Assembly (NCBI RefSeq): GCF_037042905.1 | Contig: NC_087251.1 | Span: forward strand, 9,178,001-9,242,000 | Reading direction: 5' to 3' | Origin: Lytechinus pictus | Taxonomy: Eukaryota | Length of the DNA stretch: 64,000 nucleotides | Shown: one piece after another, positions 63,846 through 64,000 of the stretch | How the letters are laid out: every line of letters begins with the position of its first letter | How positions within the stretch are numbered: position 1 is the stretch's first letter | Program-made: the position numbers and the translations under genes | The notes under the pieces: generated by a model | The model's input: the letters and a program-made list of their open reading frames with translations, nothing else | Databases searched by the model: none | What the model was told of the DNA's origin: nothing

Positions 63846-64000
63846 GATAAATATACATTCAAAGAGTAATCCTGATTTCCATATCACTTTCTCGTGTCTC
63901 AAAATACTTAGTGAAAGCATATGTTACATCTTATCTTTAACTCGAGTCCTGAAGAATATACCGCTGCGACAATATGCGTTGCGACGTGTGACGTTATGCG

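Larger units (their letters stand above)
60761..64000. mobile_element. Long-TIR foldback-type element extending past the window end
   Basis: The left arm has tandem AACGCATAATGTCGC units (60778-60956). 63925-64000 is the reverse complement of ~60918-60990. Confidence 0.65.

Overview
This is AT-rich, intron- and repeat-rich metazoan DNA. The repeat types suggest an echinoderm such as a sea urchin, but that is inference. One intact protein gene is present: a + strand PRPF39 (U1 snRNP HAT-repeat splicing factor) with 15 coding exons from 27493 to 50012. All have GT-AG junctions with consistent phases and sum to 2424 nt (807 aa). A possible first coding exon of a divergent gene lies at 48-126 (- strand). 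Most of the rest is nested mobile DNA: CR1/L2 and L1/Tx1 LINE remnants, SINEs, Helentron-type elements, and non-autonomous hAT, Kolobok, piggyBac, Tc1/mariner, Harbinger and foldback elements, most defined here by terminal inverted repeats (TIRs) and target-site duplications (TSDs). Highlights: (1) a 665-bp Transib/RAG-like element with a 5-bp TSD whose ends carry the exact V(D)J heptamer CACAGTG plus a shared motif at 12- and 23-bp spacing; (2) a 1.9-kb foldback element with outward-facing promoter and first-exon modules that has captured part of element (1); (3) candidate poison exons and a recursive-splice-type exon in PRPF39; (4) a 110-bp satellite with a 770-bp higher-order repeat carried inside a transposon; (5) a 7SL-headed SINE, a minimal hammerhead-like motif and a strand-specific G-U-rich LINE hairpin. 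All coordinates were read by eye, and family names are not database-verified.
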